The notes under the pieces are model-generated. The model saw only the letters and a program-made list of their open reading frames with translations, had not been told where the DNA came from and did not search any database. Below, in pieces: positions 26,515 to 39,354 of a stretch of 64,000 nt of DNA. The first letter of the stretch is position 1; every line of letters begins with the position of its first letter. This DNA is from Eledone cirrhosa (taxonomy: Eukaryota): NCBI GenBank assembly GCA_964016885.1, contig OZ024743.1:34596001-34660000 (forward strand). Reading direction: 5' to 3'. The position numbers and the translations under genes are program-made.

Positions 26515-29500
26515 TTTCTTTATTTACCATAAAGGCATAAAAAGAATGGACAAATACAAAAGGGGGAGTTTACATATAATCGAGTAAAAAGGGTGTAACA
26601 TGAAAATAATCGAAAATAACCTCAAAAGGGAGGGGGCGTGATGGGGGTTGCACACACCCCCGAAAAAGTGTGCAATCCTTTGCCCGGGGAGCACATGGAG
26701 AAGGTTCTCCCCTCTCCTTTACTTCTTTACCTGCAGGATGGTATACAGAGAAGGCCCATTTACACGAGCCATTCTCGCCACTATCACCCACCTTTCATAA
26801 AACTGCCTGTGGCCAAGCACCTCTCTCTCCATTCTTATCTTTCTTCCGAAGTGATATCGGAAGAAGTAGACCAGACTATGGCCAGAGAGGAAGTTGCCTG
26901 ACCTCAGACCTTTCAATCGTGTCCACCAAACAACCTCTTTCAACATGGCTATTACGCACAGAAAAACCGCCTTTGCTTCCTTTGTGAAGAGGGGAGGCGG
27001 TTTGATTGTCATCACGGACTCGGCGGTCAATTTAATCGGCGCCACCCGCGACAGCAGTCGTTCGGCGTAGCCCCACAGATCAGCCACGCCCGGACATTGC
27101 ACCAATGCGTGCGCAACGGTTTCTTCGTGACGCACGCATCTAGGGCAAATCTTTTTTGAGGGATCCCTGCCCGGGCGCCCGTGTCTGTAGAGCCTCTCTC
27201 GAACGGGTAGAGCCCCCCGGTAGCACTGTCAGGCCAGTGACTTCTGGAAGTTGTCCATTGGTCCTGGGCCGAAAGTCCTACCGAACAGGCTGGCCAGTTC
27301 GTCTTCTTCCATGTCCAGCGACTCTCCAAGGGTGTCATCGCCCCTGCTAGCCACCAGCCCTCTATAGAATGATGAGGTGGATTCTCCACCGATGGCCTGG
27401 CCCGCTTGCCAGAGAGCCCTGAGCGCCTGAGCACACTCAGTGTGCCAGTCTCCCAGTTTTCCGGATCTTTGCTTGACCCAGGACTGTAGCTCGGTGAGCG
27501 AGACGAGTCTCGGAAAGGCTCGTTTCACGAACGGAGCCCACACCGGTTGACCAGTGAGGAATACCTGTAGGTGCCGTAGCCTTAATGCGTGCCTACGCAT
27601 CATCAACCACGGCATCCCCAGCCCTCCTTTCGAAGGTTGTTGGCAGCAGATGGATCTTCTCACCATAGGAGGGCGCTTCTTCCAAAGAAATTGGAAGAGC
27701 ATGCGTTCCATGGTGGTGAGTGTTTCCTTAGGGCAAGGCACGACAGTCAGGCGGTAGTAAGTGACGGACGCTATGTAAATGTTCGCCACCTCCGCCCGGC
27801 CTTTTAGGGACAGCTTACACTTGGCCCATTTCTGGGTTAGTGCAAACACCTTGTTCGTAACCCCGTTCCAGTTCTTTTCCACCTGGAGGTCCGGTCTAAA
27901 CCAGACCCCAAGCAACTTTACCGGGCCCTCCGTCCAGTGTCCGACGACACCGTCAGGAGGCATCGGTCTGCCTCTCCACGTTCCGAGTTGCAGCCCGATG
28001 GATTTTTCCCGGTTCAGTTTCGCTCCTGACAACCTTTCGTACTCCTCCAGTAAGGTACCGATCGCCTCGATCTCCGAGTCGGTCGTTACCATTACTGTTA
28101 CGTCATCGGCGTAGGCCGACACCGCTTTGCTCAATCCTGGTTCCAGGGGGATACCCTGCAACAACTCCAACTTCCTCAGTAAAGGCTCGAGAGTCAATAC
28201 GTACAGAAGGGAGGAGAGAGGGCACCCCTGTCGAATGGATCGTGTGATTTCAAACGGCTTCGAAAGGTAGCCGTTCACCTTGATCCTAAAACAGATGTGG
28301 TTGCTATGTAAGGCAGTTATCCAACCTCTGAAAACAGGACCGAACCCAGCCGCCGCTAGCACCGCATCCAGGTAACCATGGTCGACCCTATCGAAGGCCT
28401 TAGACTGATCCAAGTTGATCAGGGCCCCACCGAAGCCGGGTTTGTTGCCAACCCTCTCTATGATGTATCGCATGAGGTGGAGGTTATCGTGAATGGACCT
28501 GGATGGGATAGCACATGTCTGCGCATCTCCCACCAGGCCACCCACGACAAGCGCCAACCTCTTTGCTAACACCTTGGCCAAAATCTTTAACTCTGTGTTT
28601 AGCAGGGTTATGGGCCGAAAATTATTTATACTATCCCCCTTGTTCTCGTCCTTCCTCACCAGCGTGACTACGCCCTTGGCTACAGAACAAGGAATTCTCC
28701 CGTTCTGCTGCCAATTGCAGTAGACCGCTTCGAGGAGTTCGGAGAAGAAGACCGGCATTGCTAAATAAAGTTCGTAAGGTATACCATCGAGACCTGGAGA
28801 TTTGCGTCTGCTGCATTGGCTCAGCGCATCTCCGATCTCATCAGCCGAGATTGGTCCCTCGCAGGACTCTGCCTCTTCGCTCGAGAGACGCGGCAGGCCG
28901 TCGAGGTATGGACCGAAATCCACGCCCCCGCCCGGACCCTCGCCTCCCCCGAACAATCGGGCAAAGTGCCTTTGAAAGGCCTCGCACATCTGCTTAGGCT
29001 CCCGGATCGCCCGTCCATCTTCGTCTTGCAACGACCGGATGGTGGATCGATTTCCACTCTTAGCTTCTGTCAGGCGGGCCCAGCCAACGGCTTTGGCCCC
29101 CTCATTACCTAGAGCACGTATTTTACTTCGAATGACGCAGCCTTCGTGCTTTGCATCGAAAAACTGGTTCAAGGCCGTCCTCGATGCCAGCACTCTGGCC
29201 ACATCTTCGCTCTTGATTGCCTCTTCTAATTTACCTGTTAATTCTTTCTCGTTTCTATTCCTATCGGCAGCTAACATCTTGCTATAACTTATTGATTCTG
29301 TTCTAATCTCTCTTTTGAGAGATGCCCACCATCGGTTGTTGACGATTGCACCCGTCAACCTCTCCTTAACTAATCTGCTAATCCGGTTTCTGTAAGTCTC
29401 TTTTGCCGGTAAAGACAAATTAAGTTTCCAGTAACCGGGACCCTGTTTATGTGTTTTCTCGAGATTGACTACGCAGGTCACTAATTTGTGGTCCGTGTAG

Positions 29501-29993
29501 CCAACCGTGCGCATTTCTGGACAGCTTAATATGTCCCTATCCTTACTTCTAACTAAGAATCTATCTAAGTACGATCTAGATTGACCACTGTGGTTTCTCC
29601 AAGTCCAGGTAGGCACAGTTGGAAAATCTAGTCGATATCTATCGACCAAGTTAAAACGGTCGAGTAACCCCTTAAGGCTGTTACACCCCCCTCTATTAGG
29701 ACATGCTCCTGCATAGTCCCAACGTGCATCTAGGATGTCATTCCAATCCCCCGCTAGAAGCAGGGAACGCGACGTTCCCAGAAAAGTCTCCAAACGCTGG
29801 AAGAAGTCGGGCCGTTCAGCTCCGAAAGGGGAGTAGACGGCGATCAGTCTCAAGGCCGCACTTTCACTACTGCCAACGTCTAGCACCAACAAACGACCCT
29901 CCGGGTCCGAGTGCACAACCTGTACGGCAAGACCCAGGTGTTTTTGCAGCAGTACGACAACCCCACCCCCACCTCCAGGTTGACAGAGAGATG
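26515..29993 (-). mobile_element. Tx1-like LINE, 5' truncated (copy C), with 895-aa APE-RT ORF 27229-29916
   Basis: Same motifs as copy B; flanked by (GATA)n at both ends. Confidence 0.92.
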
Positions 29994-30019
29994 CGATAGA
30001 TAGATAGATAGATAGATAT

Positions 30020-30076
<57 letters not shown>

Positions 30077-30420
30077 GTTATGTAACCAAAACGCTGAAGT
30101 CGGAAACCTTCTCACATATCCCCAATATTTTTCTTTGCATCATTCACTTGCATCTTTGCTTGCAACTGCGTGAGTGTAGTTAACCCATTGGTAGTTAACT
30201 CCCTTAATATCTGCTCTTCTGCATAGCTCCTCAAAAGCCACACATCAATGTCTTTCTTTTCTATTCTCTGCCATCACTTTCTCATACACTTACATCCTCT
30301 CTCCACCTTTAAAACTATTCCCTTCCTTCAGCCATTTCATTACTTTACGACTCCACGAAAATACATTTGTCCTAAATTTTCAACTTTTAACTCAGACGAC
30401 CAAACTTATCATGTACCCGG

Positions 30421-30532
<112 letters not shown>

Positions 30533-31354
30533 GTGTGTGTGTATGTATATAGATATATAGATATAGAGAGAGAGAGAGGGAGATACATACATATATATGT
30601 GTGTGTGTGTCTATATATACGTATGTATGTGTGTATGTGTGTATGTGTGTATGTGTGTATGTATGCAGCTTGTATTTAAATAAATAGTGTAGAAAATGAG
30701 AAAGAGAAGAAAACAAGAAAACCTTTAGTAAAATATAACTTGAATGATTATACAAGTGCATCAAAATACGTTGATGCGGGTGATAGTTGAACTATAACAA
30801 TGAAACACTTAGGGGTAGGGAATGTGGGTGTGTGAACAAGATGGAAGCAACGTATCTGATGATATTACATATTACCACGTCAGAACTGGCGCTGGGGTAT
30901 TTAGGATCCTAGGCTAGCTAACTGAACATTGTGCGCCCCATTCTCCCAAATATAATTTCCACTAAGCTGGCGAATCTAGATTTTGCCACTTTTTGCTCTA
31001 ACCGCACTGAGAAAATTCCTAAGCTTATATTTCCTCCTAAACAGTCCACACTCAACCATGCCAATTCATGTGACTCTTCATAACTCTATACGACGTCCCC
31101 CACCGCTTTGGATATTTTCCCATGGGAAAATTTATTAGTGAAGCAATAATATCCAATTGGTCCAGCTGAATCTCCAAGTGAGATCAACCAAGGTCATGGA
31201 AGTTATTCAACTAACTTTCACATGGTCTACATCTGTCTCCTGCCAGTTGTCTTTGTCTTTAACATCTGTCCAGCGATTCTTTCCTTAGACATTCTAACTA
31301 CGTGTGATCTCTCAATTCGAGAACTAGCCGCGCTATTCTCTATCATGTAACATT

Positions 31355-31523
31355 TGGCAGTATCGGTAGAGGGTCGGACGCCATGCTTTGCAGCAAAGTG
31401 TTACGGCCCTTTATGGTCTGAGTTCAAATCCCGCCGAGGTTAACTTTGCCTTTCATCCTTACAGGGTCGATAAAATAAAGTACCAGTAATTGCTGGCCTT
31501 GTGCCAAAAGTAGAAACAATTAT
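31355..31523 (+). mobile_element. tRNA-derived SINE
   Basis: A box, B box, conserved body and tail. Confidence 0.88.
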
Positions 31524-31751
31524 GTGATACAGTAATATGTAATACCATGTTTGGGTTTGCATCTATCTCTTTCATACATACCCATGTTCCACCATCTTTG
31601 TTTCATTTAACTATGCCATATATGACGTCTGTGGACGCAGCATGGCCAAACGGTTACGAAGTTCGCTTCACAATCATTAGGCCCTGGGTTCGATCCAACT
31701 ATGGTATTTAACGCACCAGTCATTTACAAGAAGAAGAAGAAAATGAATATA

Positions 31752-31799
<48 letters not shown>

Positions 31800-31887
31800 A
31801 AGAGTGAAAAATAACATGGTCGGCTGTACAAAGGAGTTTTATTTACAGTATTAACAATTGTTTCATTGATCAGGTGAGTCTAAAGGC

Positions 31888-31989
31888 CGTTAATCATTAG
31901 AAATTGCGTCATTCGACCTTAAATACAGTGTGTACCTGCCAATACACACTGTATTTAAGGTCATGTGACGCAATTTCTAGTGATTAACG
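31888..31989. repeat. Inverted repeat, ~47 bp arms, 8 nt loop
   Basis: CGTTAATCATTAGAAATTGCGTCA...CAGTGTGTA / TACACACTG...TGACGCAATTTCTAGTGATTAACG. Confidence 0.9.
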
Positions 31990-32096
31990 TTTCCTCGTGC
32001 TGTGTTGTGGGCTCATCCGGGATCCTGGATAGCAGGGTGACGAGATGTTTCTTGAAAACATCCACGTCTACACCATGCAGATATATATACATACAT

Positions 32097-32315
<219 letters not shown>

Positions 32316-32333
32316 CATGTACATATATATAGA

Positions 32334-32394
<61 letters not shown>

Positions 32395-32413
32395 ATGTAT
32401 ATATATATATATA

Positions 32414-32501
<88 letters not shown>

Positions 32502-32509
32502 CATGTACT

Positions 32510-32600
<91 letters not shown>

Positions 32601-32604
<4 letters not shown>

Positions 32605-32789
32605 GGAGCTTCTACAGGACTAGTACTGTTTCATTTAGATGAAATCTTCAGGAAGCACCTGAAGATTTCATCTGAATGAAACAGTACTAGTCCTGTAGAA
32701 GCTCCTTCTATAAAATAAAACAATTTTACTCTGCCATGTATTGAGTACCTTACTTACTGTGGTTATCTCCGACTCAACCCGGGACCTAC

Positions 32790-32790
<1 letters not shown>
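32601..32790. mobile_element. Fold-back HHR mini-element (52 bp arms, 32601-32709) plus tail into (TA)n
   Basis: Arms with one mismatch and a 5 nt spacer; right arm and tail nearly identical to 60235-60369. Confidence 0.85.
32608..32656 (-). ncRNA. Type I hammerhead ribozyme
   Basis: Minus strand GCTTC CTGAAGA tttcatctaaat GAA ACAG tactagtc CTGT A^GAAGC. Confidence 0.75.
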
Positions 32791-32855
<65 letters not shown>

Positions 32856-33107
32856 TTCGTTATATATCAATCTGTAAGCCAAACACAGACACGGAATTTT
32901 TTCTTCATGCTTTCTAATTTCATGTTCATAAAGAATACTATCAACAGGGTCATACGTTTTACACTGGAATATATCCTTTCTAGAACTATTAATTGCACGA
33001 AAATAAACACCTTAAGTTCATATAAATTATATAAAAGTTATCTTAATCCTTGAAAATATATCTTGATATTCAGAGTACTAAACTGTAGTCGTTCATATGT
33101 ATATATA

Positions 33108-33189
<82 letters not shown>

Positions 33190-33259
33190 ATACATACAGA
33201 CATGCATGCATGCGTACATAGATACGAACGTACATGCATACATGCATACATACATACAT

Positions 33260-33580
33260 GGTGGCTGCCAACTCGTTTTCGAGTACGACCACTACTTTAT
33301 ATCCATGTAGGAGAACCCCTACCGATGCGCTGAACAAGTGTGACTTTTTAGTCCAGCCAGCGACTTGAAAACTCTGGTACAAACACTACACTTGTGACAA
33401 TTATTGACACATAGTGCTGGGCCCATGCTACCATGTGATGACAAGTGCAGAGAGATCTCCAGATATAAAGCAATGCCTGTGCCGTGAAGCTTTTATAGTG
33501 AGCAAAAGCACTGCACAAAGCCAGTCCCACTCTCTTAACCAAGATGATATTTACCAAAAAGAAGAACAAGTCAACATCAT
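33260..33580 (-). mobile_element. Non-autonomous RTE-derived element, copy 4 (5' truncated)
   Basis: Near-identical to copies 1-3; (CATA)n-type repeat on both sides. Confidence 0.8.
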
Positions 33581-34210
33581 ACATACATGCATACATACAT
33601 ACACACATACATGTAATCAAGTTTATTTGGCTGTTGCTCAGTAAGTTACATAAAATCTGATCTCTAGCCAATATTACTCCAAAGAATATGTTCTTCGTAT
33701 TAATTATTGCAACAGGAGCGCTGTCTTAGTGCTGTTGCCTATTAACTATAACCTGCCAAGTTCTCTCTATATGCAAATGACCATTTCCAGTCACTAATAG
33801 CTATATGCAAACAGCGACACCAGAAACTATCCTCATGCAAAATTCTATATAGAATCTAGTCTATTTCAATGCCAGTACGGGTTGAGAGTGTGTCACTGAT
33901 AGACATTCTCAGCCGTACAGGCAACTCTGTATTATATTCACAAGTACCAGTAATGCACTGGGAAAATTGCTGGCCTTGTGCCAAAAATAGAAACAATTAT
34001 ATTCACAGAAGAAAATAGAGAAAAATACAATTTTTCCCTACGAAAAATGTTTTTTCTTTATTTTTCATTTTAGCGAGCTTAACCATAAGTTTATTGTATA
34101 TAAACATATAGTATGTTCGTATATACCTCTAATTTGCTTAAACGCAGCCTTATATATTATATATACGTGTGTATATATATATATATGTATATACATATGT
34201 ATATATATAT

Positions 34211-34644
34211 AAGGATTGGTGTTCTGAAATAGCGATGTATGCATGAACGTATGCGTAGTATACTTGGCAACTCACCGTATGTTTAATTAAAAACATTTAG
34301 AAGACCATACGCTATCAGTTTTAAAGTAGTGACTATATCACTTACTTCTTTTCGGTGAAAGAAGGGAGAGAAGCTGACAGTCTGTTTCACGTTGGTTGGC
34401 GTTCAGCAGAGCCACACACTCCCCTGCTTCCGCCGAAAATTATAGAAGCTGGATTCTTATAGAATTCCAGTAATAATCAGGTGTTGATTATACAGAGCGA
34501 TTGCCGGAATTCGATAAGAATTCAGCTTCTACGCCAGCCAGCGTGAAACAGACTGTCAGCTTTTCCCCCTTCTTTCGCCGAAAAAAAGTAAGTGACATAG
34601 TCACTTCTTTAAAACTGATAAATGTTTTTAATTAAACATACGGT
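34211..34644. mobile_element. Fold-back HHR mini-element, diverged relative of 36172-36862
   Basis: Inverted arms 34274-34644; minus-strand HHR 34372-34413 GGCT CTGCTGA ACG..CGT GAA AC agact GT C^AGCT (A6C core). Confidence 0.75.
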
Positions 34645-34665
34645 ATATTTTAATTAAACATACAT

Positions 34666-34710
<45 letters not shown>

Positions 34711-34714
34711 GTGT

Positions 34715-34832
<118 letters not shown>

Positions 34833-35076
34833 CCTCCCGCCTTACATTCGATTCTATTACACAAATTCTAAAAATTATATTAATTTTCTAAAGATTTGTT
34901 GAGTTGTGAGGTCTGAGGTATTGCGAGGAATTATTGGAAATATCAGTATTTCGAAACATCTCCATCGACCATGACGTAACCAATAATGAAACACGTGTTA
35001 AAATGTATAATTAATAAGTTTTTCTAATCACACCTTGTCTGTTTTTCCTAACGTATTAACTTATATATATATATAT

Positions 35077-35170
<94 letters not shown>

Positions 35171-35252
35171 TGTGGTGCTGAGACCGCTTGGCACCGCAGT
35201 CTGGATTATACAAATCTCCCTCTCTCTCTGTATATAAAATTATATATATATA

Positions 35253-36070
35253 TATTCATTAGTTAAGCAGGACAAGACCACAAATTTCACAAAGAAGACA
35301 TTATTAAAAGATTGTCAACATACTTTTAGTTTGATGTAAGGAATGTAGAGAATAATAATAATAATATTAATAATAATAAGGTACAATTAGAGCAGCTCAT
35401 CGGAACTTCAAAAGGAATATAAATTAAAAGAAGGAAACAATGTTACATGAATGTAATGATCCATATATTGGTATTTCACTATGGTATCCTGGGTATATCT
35501 AATGTCTTCCATAGTGGAGCAGTATTTTCTGTCGAGGCTGCATTGTGTGAGATCTGCCTATGGGTAACCATAGTGAAATACCAATATATGGAACATTACA
35601 TTCATGTAACATTCTTTCCTTATTTTAATTTATATTCCTTTTGAAGTTCCGATGAGCTGCTCTAATTGTACCTAAGTTAATTATTTCCAACTGAACCAGA
35701 TCAATAATGATCTATAATCATTTGATCCAGAAACATTATATGGAGTAGCGAAACAATTGTAAACGGACATTATTAATATTATTATTATTATTATTATTAT
35801 TCTCTACATTCCTTACATCAAACTAAAACTATGTTGAAAATCTTTTAATAATGTCTTCCTTGTGAAATTTGTGGTCTTGTTTTGCTTAATTAATGAATAT
35901 TTCCAGCTCTGCGCACATAACCACTGCATGAACCCAGCCACCTAGCTGCCTTCCATTACATATTGCACATTGAGCACATACCTTTACGCTTTGGCTTCTA
36001 ACTAATTCACCAATCTCTCTTCTCTCCTATCCTATCTCCACCTCTCGCTTTAAGATTGGTTACTCTTGAA

Positions 36071-36073
<3 letters not shown>
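35253..36073. mobile_element. Inverted pair of PLE pLTRs without coding sequence, same family as 43140-43734
   Basis: 35253-35484 is the reverse complement of 35569-35899 with a deletion; right arm nearly identical to 43235-43734. Confidence 0.85.
35646..35764 (+). ncRNA. Type I hammerhead with ~80-nt loop II insertion and U4C core
   Basis: GTT CCGATGA GCTGCTC [80 nt] GAGTAGC GAA AC aatt GT A^AAC. Confidence 0.6.
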
Positions 36074-36125
<52 letters not shown>

Positions 36126-36128
36126 TAT

Positions 36129-36173
<45 letters not shown>

Positions 36174-36330
36174 AATTGGAGCTCTGAAATAGCAATATAT
36201 ATATGGATGTATATATAATGTATTTTGCAATACACTTTATGCTTAATTAAAAGCATTTTGAAGACCGTAAGCTATTGTTTTAAAGTAGTGACAAATTCAC
36301 TCACTTTGATCTCAGCAAACAGGGGAGATA

Positions 36331-36374
36331 AGCCGACATGACATGTTTCGCTTTGGTTGAAGCTTATCAAGGCC
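36331..36374 (-). ncRNA. Type I hammerhead, U3-A8 core variant (mirror copy)
   Basis: Exact reverse complement of 36683-36726. Confidence 0.75.
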
Positions 36375-36682
36375 AACTACCCCACCTGTCTACTGAGATC
36401 AATGATGTTATATTCTTATAGAAATCTAGTAAATAATCAGGAGCTGATTATGCAGAGCGGTTGTTGGTCAGGCAGAAATTAAAAATTAGAATTGGAGCTC
36501 TGAAATAGCAATATATATATGGATATATATATCATGTATAATATATTGCTATTTCAGAGCTCCAATTCTAATTTTTAATTTCTGCCTGACCAACAACCGC
36601 TCTGCATAATCAGCTCCTGATTATTTACTAGATTTCTATAAGAATATAACATCATTGATCTCAGTAGACAGGTGGGGTAGTT

Positions 36683-36726
36683 GGCCTTGATAAGCTTCAA
36701 CCAAAGCGAAACATGTCATGTCGGCT
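36683..36726 (+). ncRNA. Type I hammerhead, U3-A8 core variant
   Basis: GGCC TTGATAA GCTT caacca AAGC GAA ACAT gtc ATGT C^GGCT; predicted GUC cleavage after 36722. Confidence 0.75.
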
Positions 36727-36850
36727 TATCTCCCCTGTTTGCTGAGATCAAAGTGAGTGAATTTGTCACTACTTTAAAACAATAGCTTACGGTCTTCAAA
36801 ATGCTTTTAATTAAGCATAAAGTGTATTGCAAAATACATTATATATACAT

Positions 36851-36894
<44 letters not shown>

Positions 36895-37274
36895 TAACAG
36901 GTTATCCAGTTTATTTCAAGTTAAAATGAACTGTTTTTAATGAAGAACACTATTGGATTTCTCTTGAAAAGCTGGCTTCCGTGTAAAAAATTAATCCTTT
37001 TTCCAAAACGTATATTGAAATTAGTAGAATGTGGAGTGATGGGATGTAAATACCGAATAGAAATAGAATAATTATTATAAGGTGTAAGATCCGGCGAGCC
37101 TGGAAGCAACTCACACATCCAAATATTGTAACTGACGACAAGAAATACTGTCAAACATAGTATGCCGTTTCCCAAAAGACATGTTACAAAAGGATACTAG
37201 AAAAAGGTATTATACTTTAGAGAATACTATATATTTACAAGAGTTCTAGTGTGTAGCAGAAAAGGAGAGATACA

Positions 37275-37317
37275 CAATCTTGACAAGGGTCAATAACCCT
37301 GAAACAATTGTCGAATG
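37275..37317 (+). ncRNA. Hammerhead-like motif, U3-A8 core, slightly degenerate
   Basis: CAATC TTGACAA GGGT caata ACCC t GAA AC aatt GT C^GAATG. Confidence 0.5.
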
Positions 37318-37431
37318 TTTAACTCTGCTACCGCTAGAACAAAACGATTACTATAGTCGTCTAAAGCACATTGAGTTATGAGGCTGTTTGTTAGAAATAC
37401 TAGAATCAGTGAAAGAAATTACATTAATAAT

Positions 37432-38071
37432 TGTGGTTGATTGGCAGTGTCGGTAGAATGTCAGACACCACGCTTTGTAGCATAGAGTTATGTCCCTTTA
37501 TTTTCTGAGTTCAAATCCTGTCGAGGTTAGCTTTGCCTTTCTGCCTTATGAGGTCGATAAAATAAAGCAACAGTAATGCACTGCGGTCTATTTAATTGAC
37601 TTTCCTCTCCCCTTCTAATTACTGGCCTTGTGCCTAAAATAGAATCATTGGTGGATTGGCAGTATCGGTAGAGGGTCGGACGGCATGCTTTGCAGCACAG
37701 TTACGTCCCTTTACGGACTGAGTTCAAATCCCGCCAAGGTTAACTTTGCCTTTCATCCTTACGGGGTCGATAAAATAAAGTACCAGTAATACACTGATTC
37801 ATTGCTGGCCTTGTGCCAAAAGTAGAAACAATTATTATTATTATTATAAGAGGAATAATGGCGGTGGATTGGCAGAATCGGTAGAGCGTCGGACATCAAG
37901 CTTTGTGACATAGAGTTACGTCCCTTTACGATCTATGCTCAAGTTCCACCGAGGTTAGCTTTGCTTTTCACTCTTACAGGGTCGATAAAATAAAGCACCA
38001 GTAATGCACTGGGGTCGATTTAATCGACTTTCCCCACTCCCAAATTGCTGGCCTTGTGCCTTTAGTAGAAA
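37432..38071 (+). mobile_element. Three head-to-tail tRNA-derived SINEs
   Basis: Copies at ~37432-37647, 37649-37836, 37860-38071. Confidence 0.88.
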
Positions 38072-38287
38072 TGTTTACATTAAATGGTATTTGTGGATAT
38101 GTTGATGGTATGAATGATAGTTGTAGTATTGATGGTATTGATATTGGTGGAAGGTTAGCAAGATGTGGTTGGTACTGGTGCTAGTTATAAGATGTTCCTA
38201 TCGTGGTAGAGAAGTGTATGGAAGGTTCATTTGTGGTAGTGTTGGTATTAAGTATGGTGGTATTAAAATATTTATTTGATGATAGTC

Positions 38288-38331
<44 letters not shown>

Positions 38332-38344
38332 CTACTACAGTAAC

Positions 38345-39205
38345 AGTAATGTTTATGTAAATGTTTATTGTGGTGGTGATGTTGATGTTAATGTTTATTG
38401 TGGTGCTGATGTTGATGTTAATGTTTATTGTGGTGGTGGTGGTGATGTTGATGTTGATGTTTATTGTGGTGGTGATGTTGATGTTGATGTTAATGTTTAT
38501 TGTGGTGGTAATGTTGATGTTAATGTTTATTGTGGTGGTGATGTTGATGTTGATGTTTATTGTGGTGGTAATGGGGATGTTGATGTTCATGTTTATTGTG
38601 GTGGTAATGTTGATGTTGATGATAATGTTTATTGTGGTGGTAATGTTGATGTTGATGTTGATGTTTATTGTGGTGGTAAAGGGGTTGTTGATGTTGATGT
38701 TTATTGTGGTGGTGATGTTGATGTTGATGTTTATTGTGGTGGTGATGTTGATGTTGATGTTAATGTTTATTGTGGTGGTAATGTTGATGTTAATGTTTAT
38801 TGTGGTGGTGATGTTGATGTTAATGTTTATTGTGGTGGTGATGTTGATGTTAATGTTTATTGTGGTGGTGATGTTGATGTTGATGTTGATGTTTATTGTG
38901 GTGGTAATGTTGATGTTGATGTTTATTGTGGTGCTGATGTTGATGTTAATGTTTATTGTGGTGGTGATGTTGATGTTGATGTTGATGTTTATTGTGGTGG
39001 TAATGTTGATGTTAATATTTATTGTGGTGGTGATGTTGATGTTGATGTTGATGTTTATTTTGGTGGTAATGTTGATGTTGATGTTGATGTTTATTGTGGT
39101 GGTAATGTTGATGTTAATGTTTATTGCGGTGGTGATGTTGGTGTTGATGTTTATTATGATGATAATGTTGGTGTTGATGTTAATGTTTATTGTGATGGTG
39201 ATGGC
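38345..39205. repeat. Minisatellite TATTGTGGTGGT(A/G)ATGTT(GATGTT)n
   Basis: Same family as 17595-19020. Confidence 0.95.
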
Positions 39206-39354
39206 GGCCCTGACTGATGTTATCAGTTGGCATTGGTCTTGTTTATAGTGATGCTGGCTGTTGGTGGTAGTTGGTGGTGGTGGTGTTGTGTTGGTTGGTG
39301 TTGATGCTAGAATTTTAAGTTTTTTCATTTTTAGTAGAGACGTTGGCGTGGTGA

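Larger units (their letters stand above)
36172..36862. mobile_element. 316-nt partial-tandem HHR unit inside an apparently perfect ~322 bp-arm palindrome
   Basis: AGAATTGGAGCTCTGAAATAGCAATATATATATGGAT at 36172 and 36488; arms 36195-36516 / 36541-36862. Confidence 0.88.

Noticed and set aside
30075-30420. Possible LINE coding fragment on the minus strand
   Set aside because: No recognisable motif could be read with confidence
31632-31700. tRNA gene (A box and GGTTCGATCC B box)
   Set aside because: No acceptor-stem pairing or cloverleaf; a truncated SINE head. The same applies to the other A/B-box sequences
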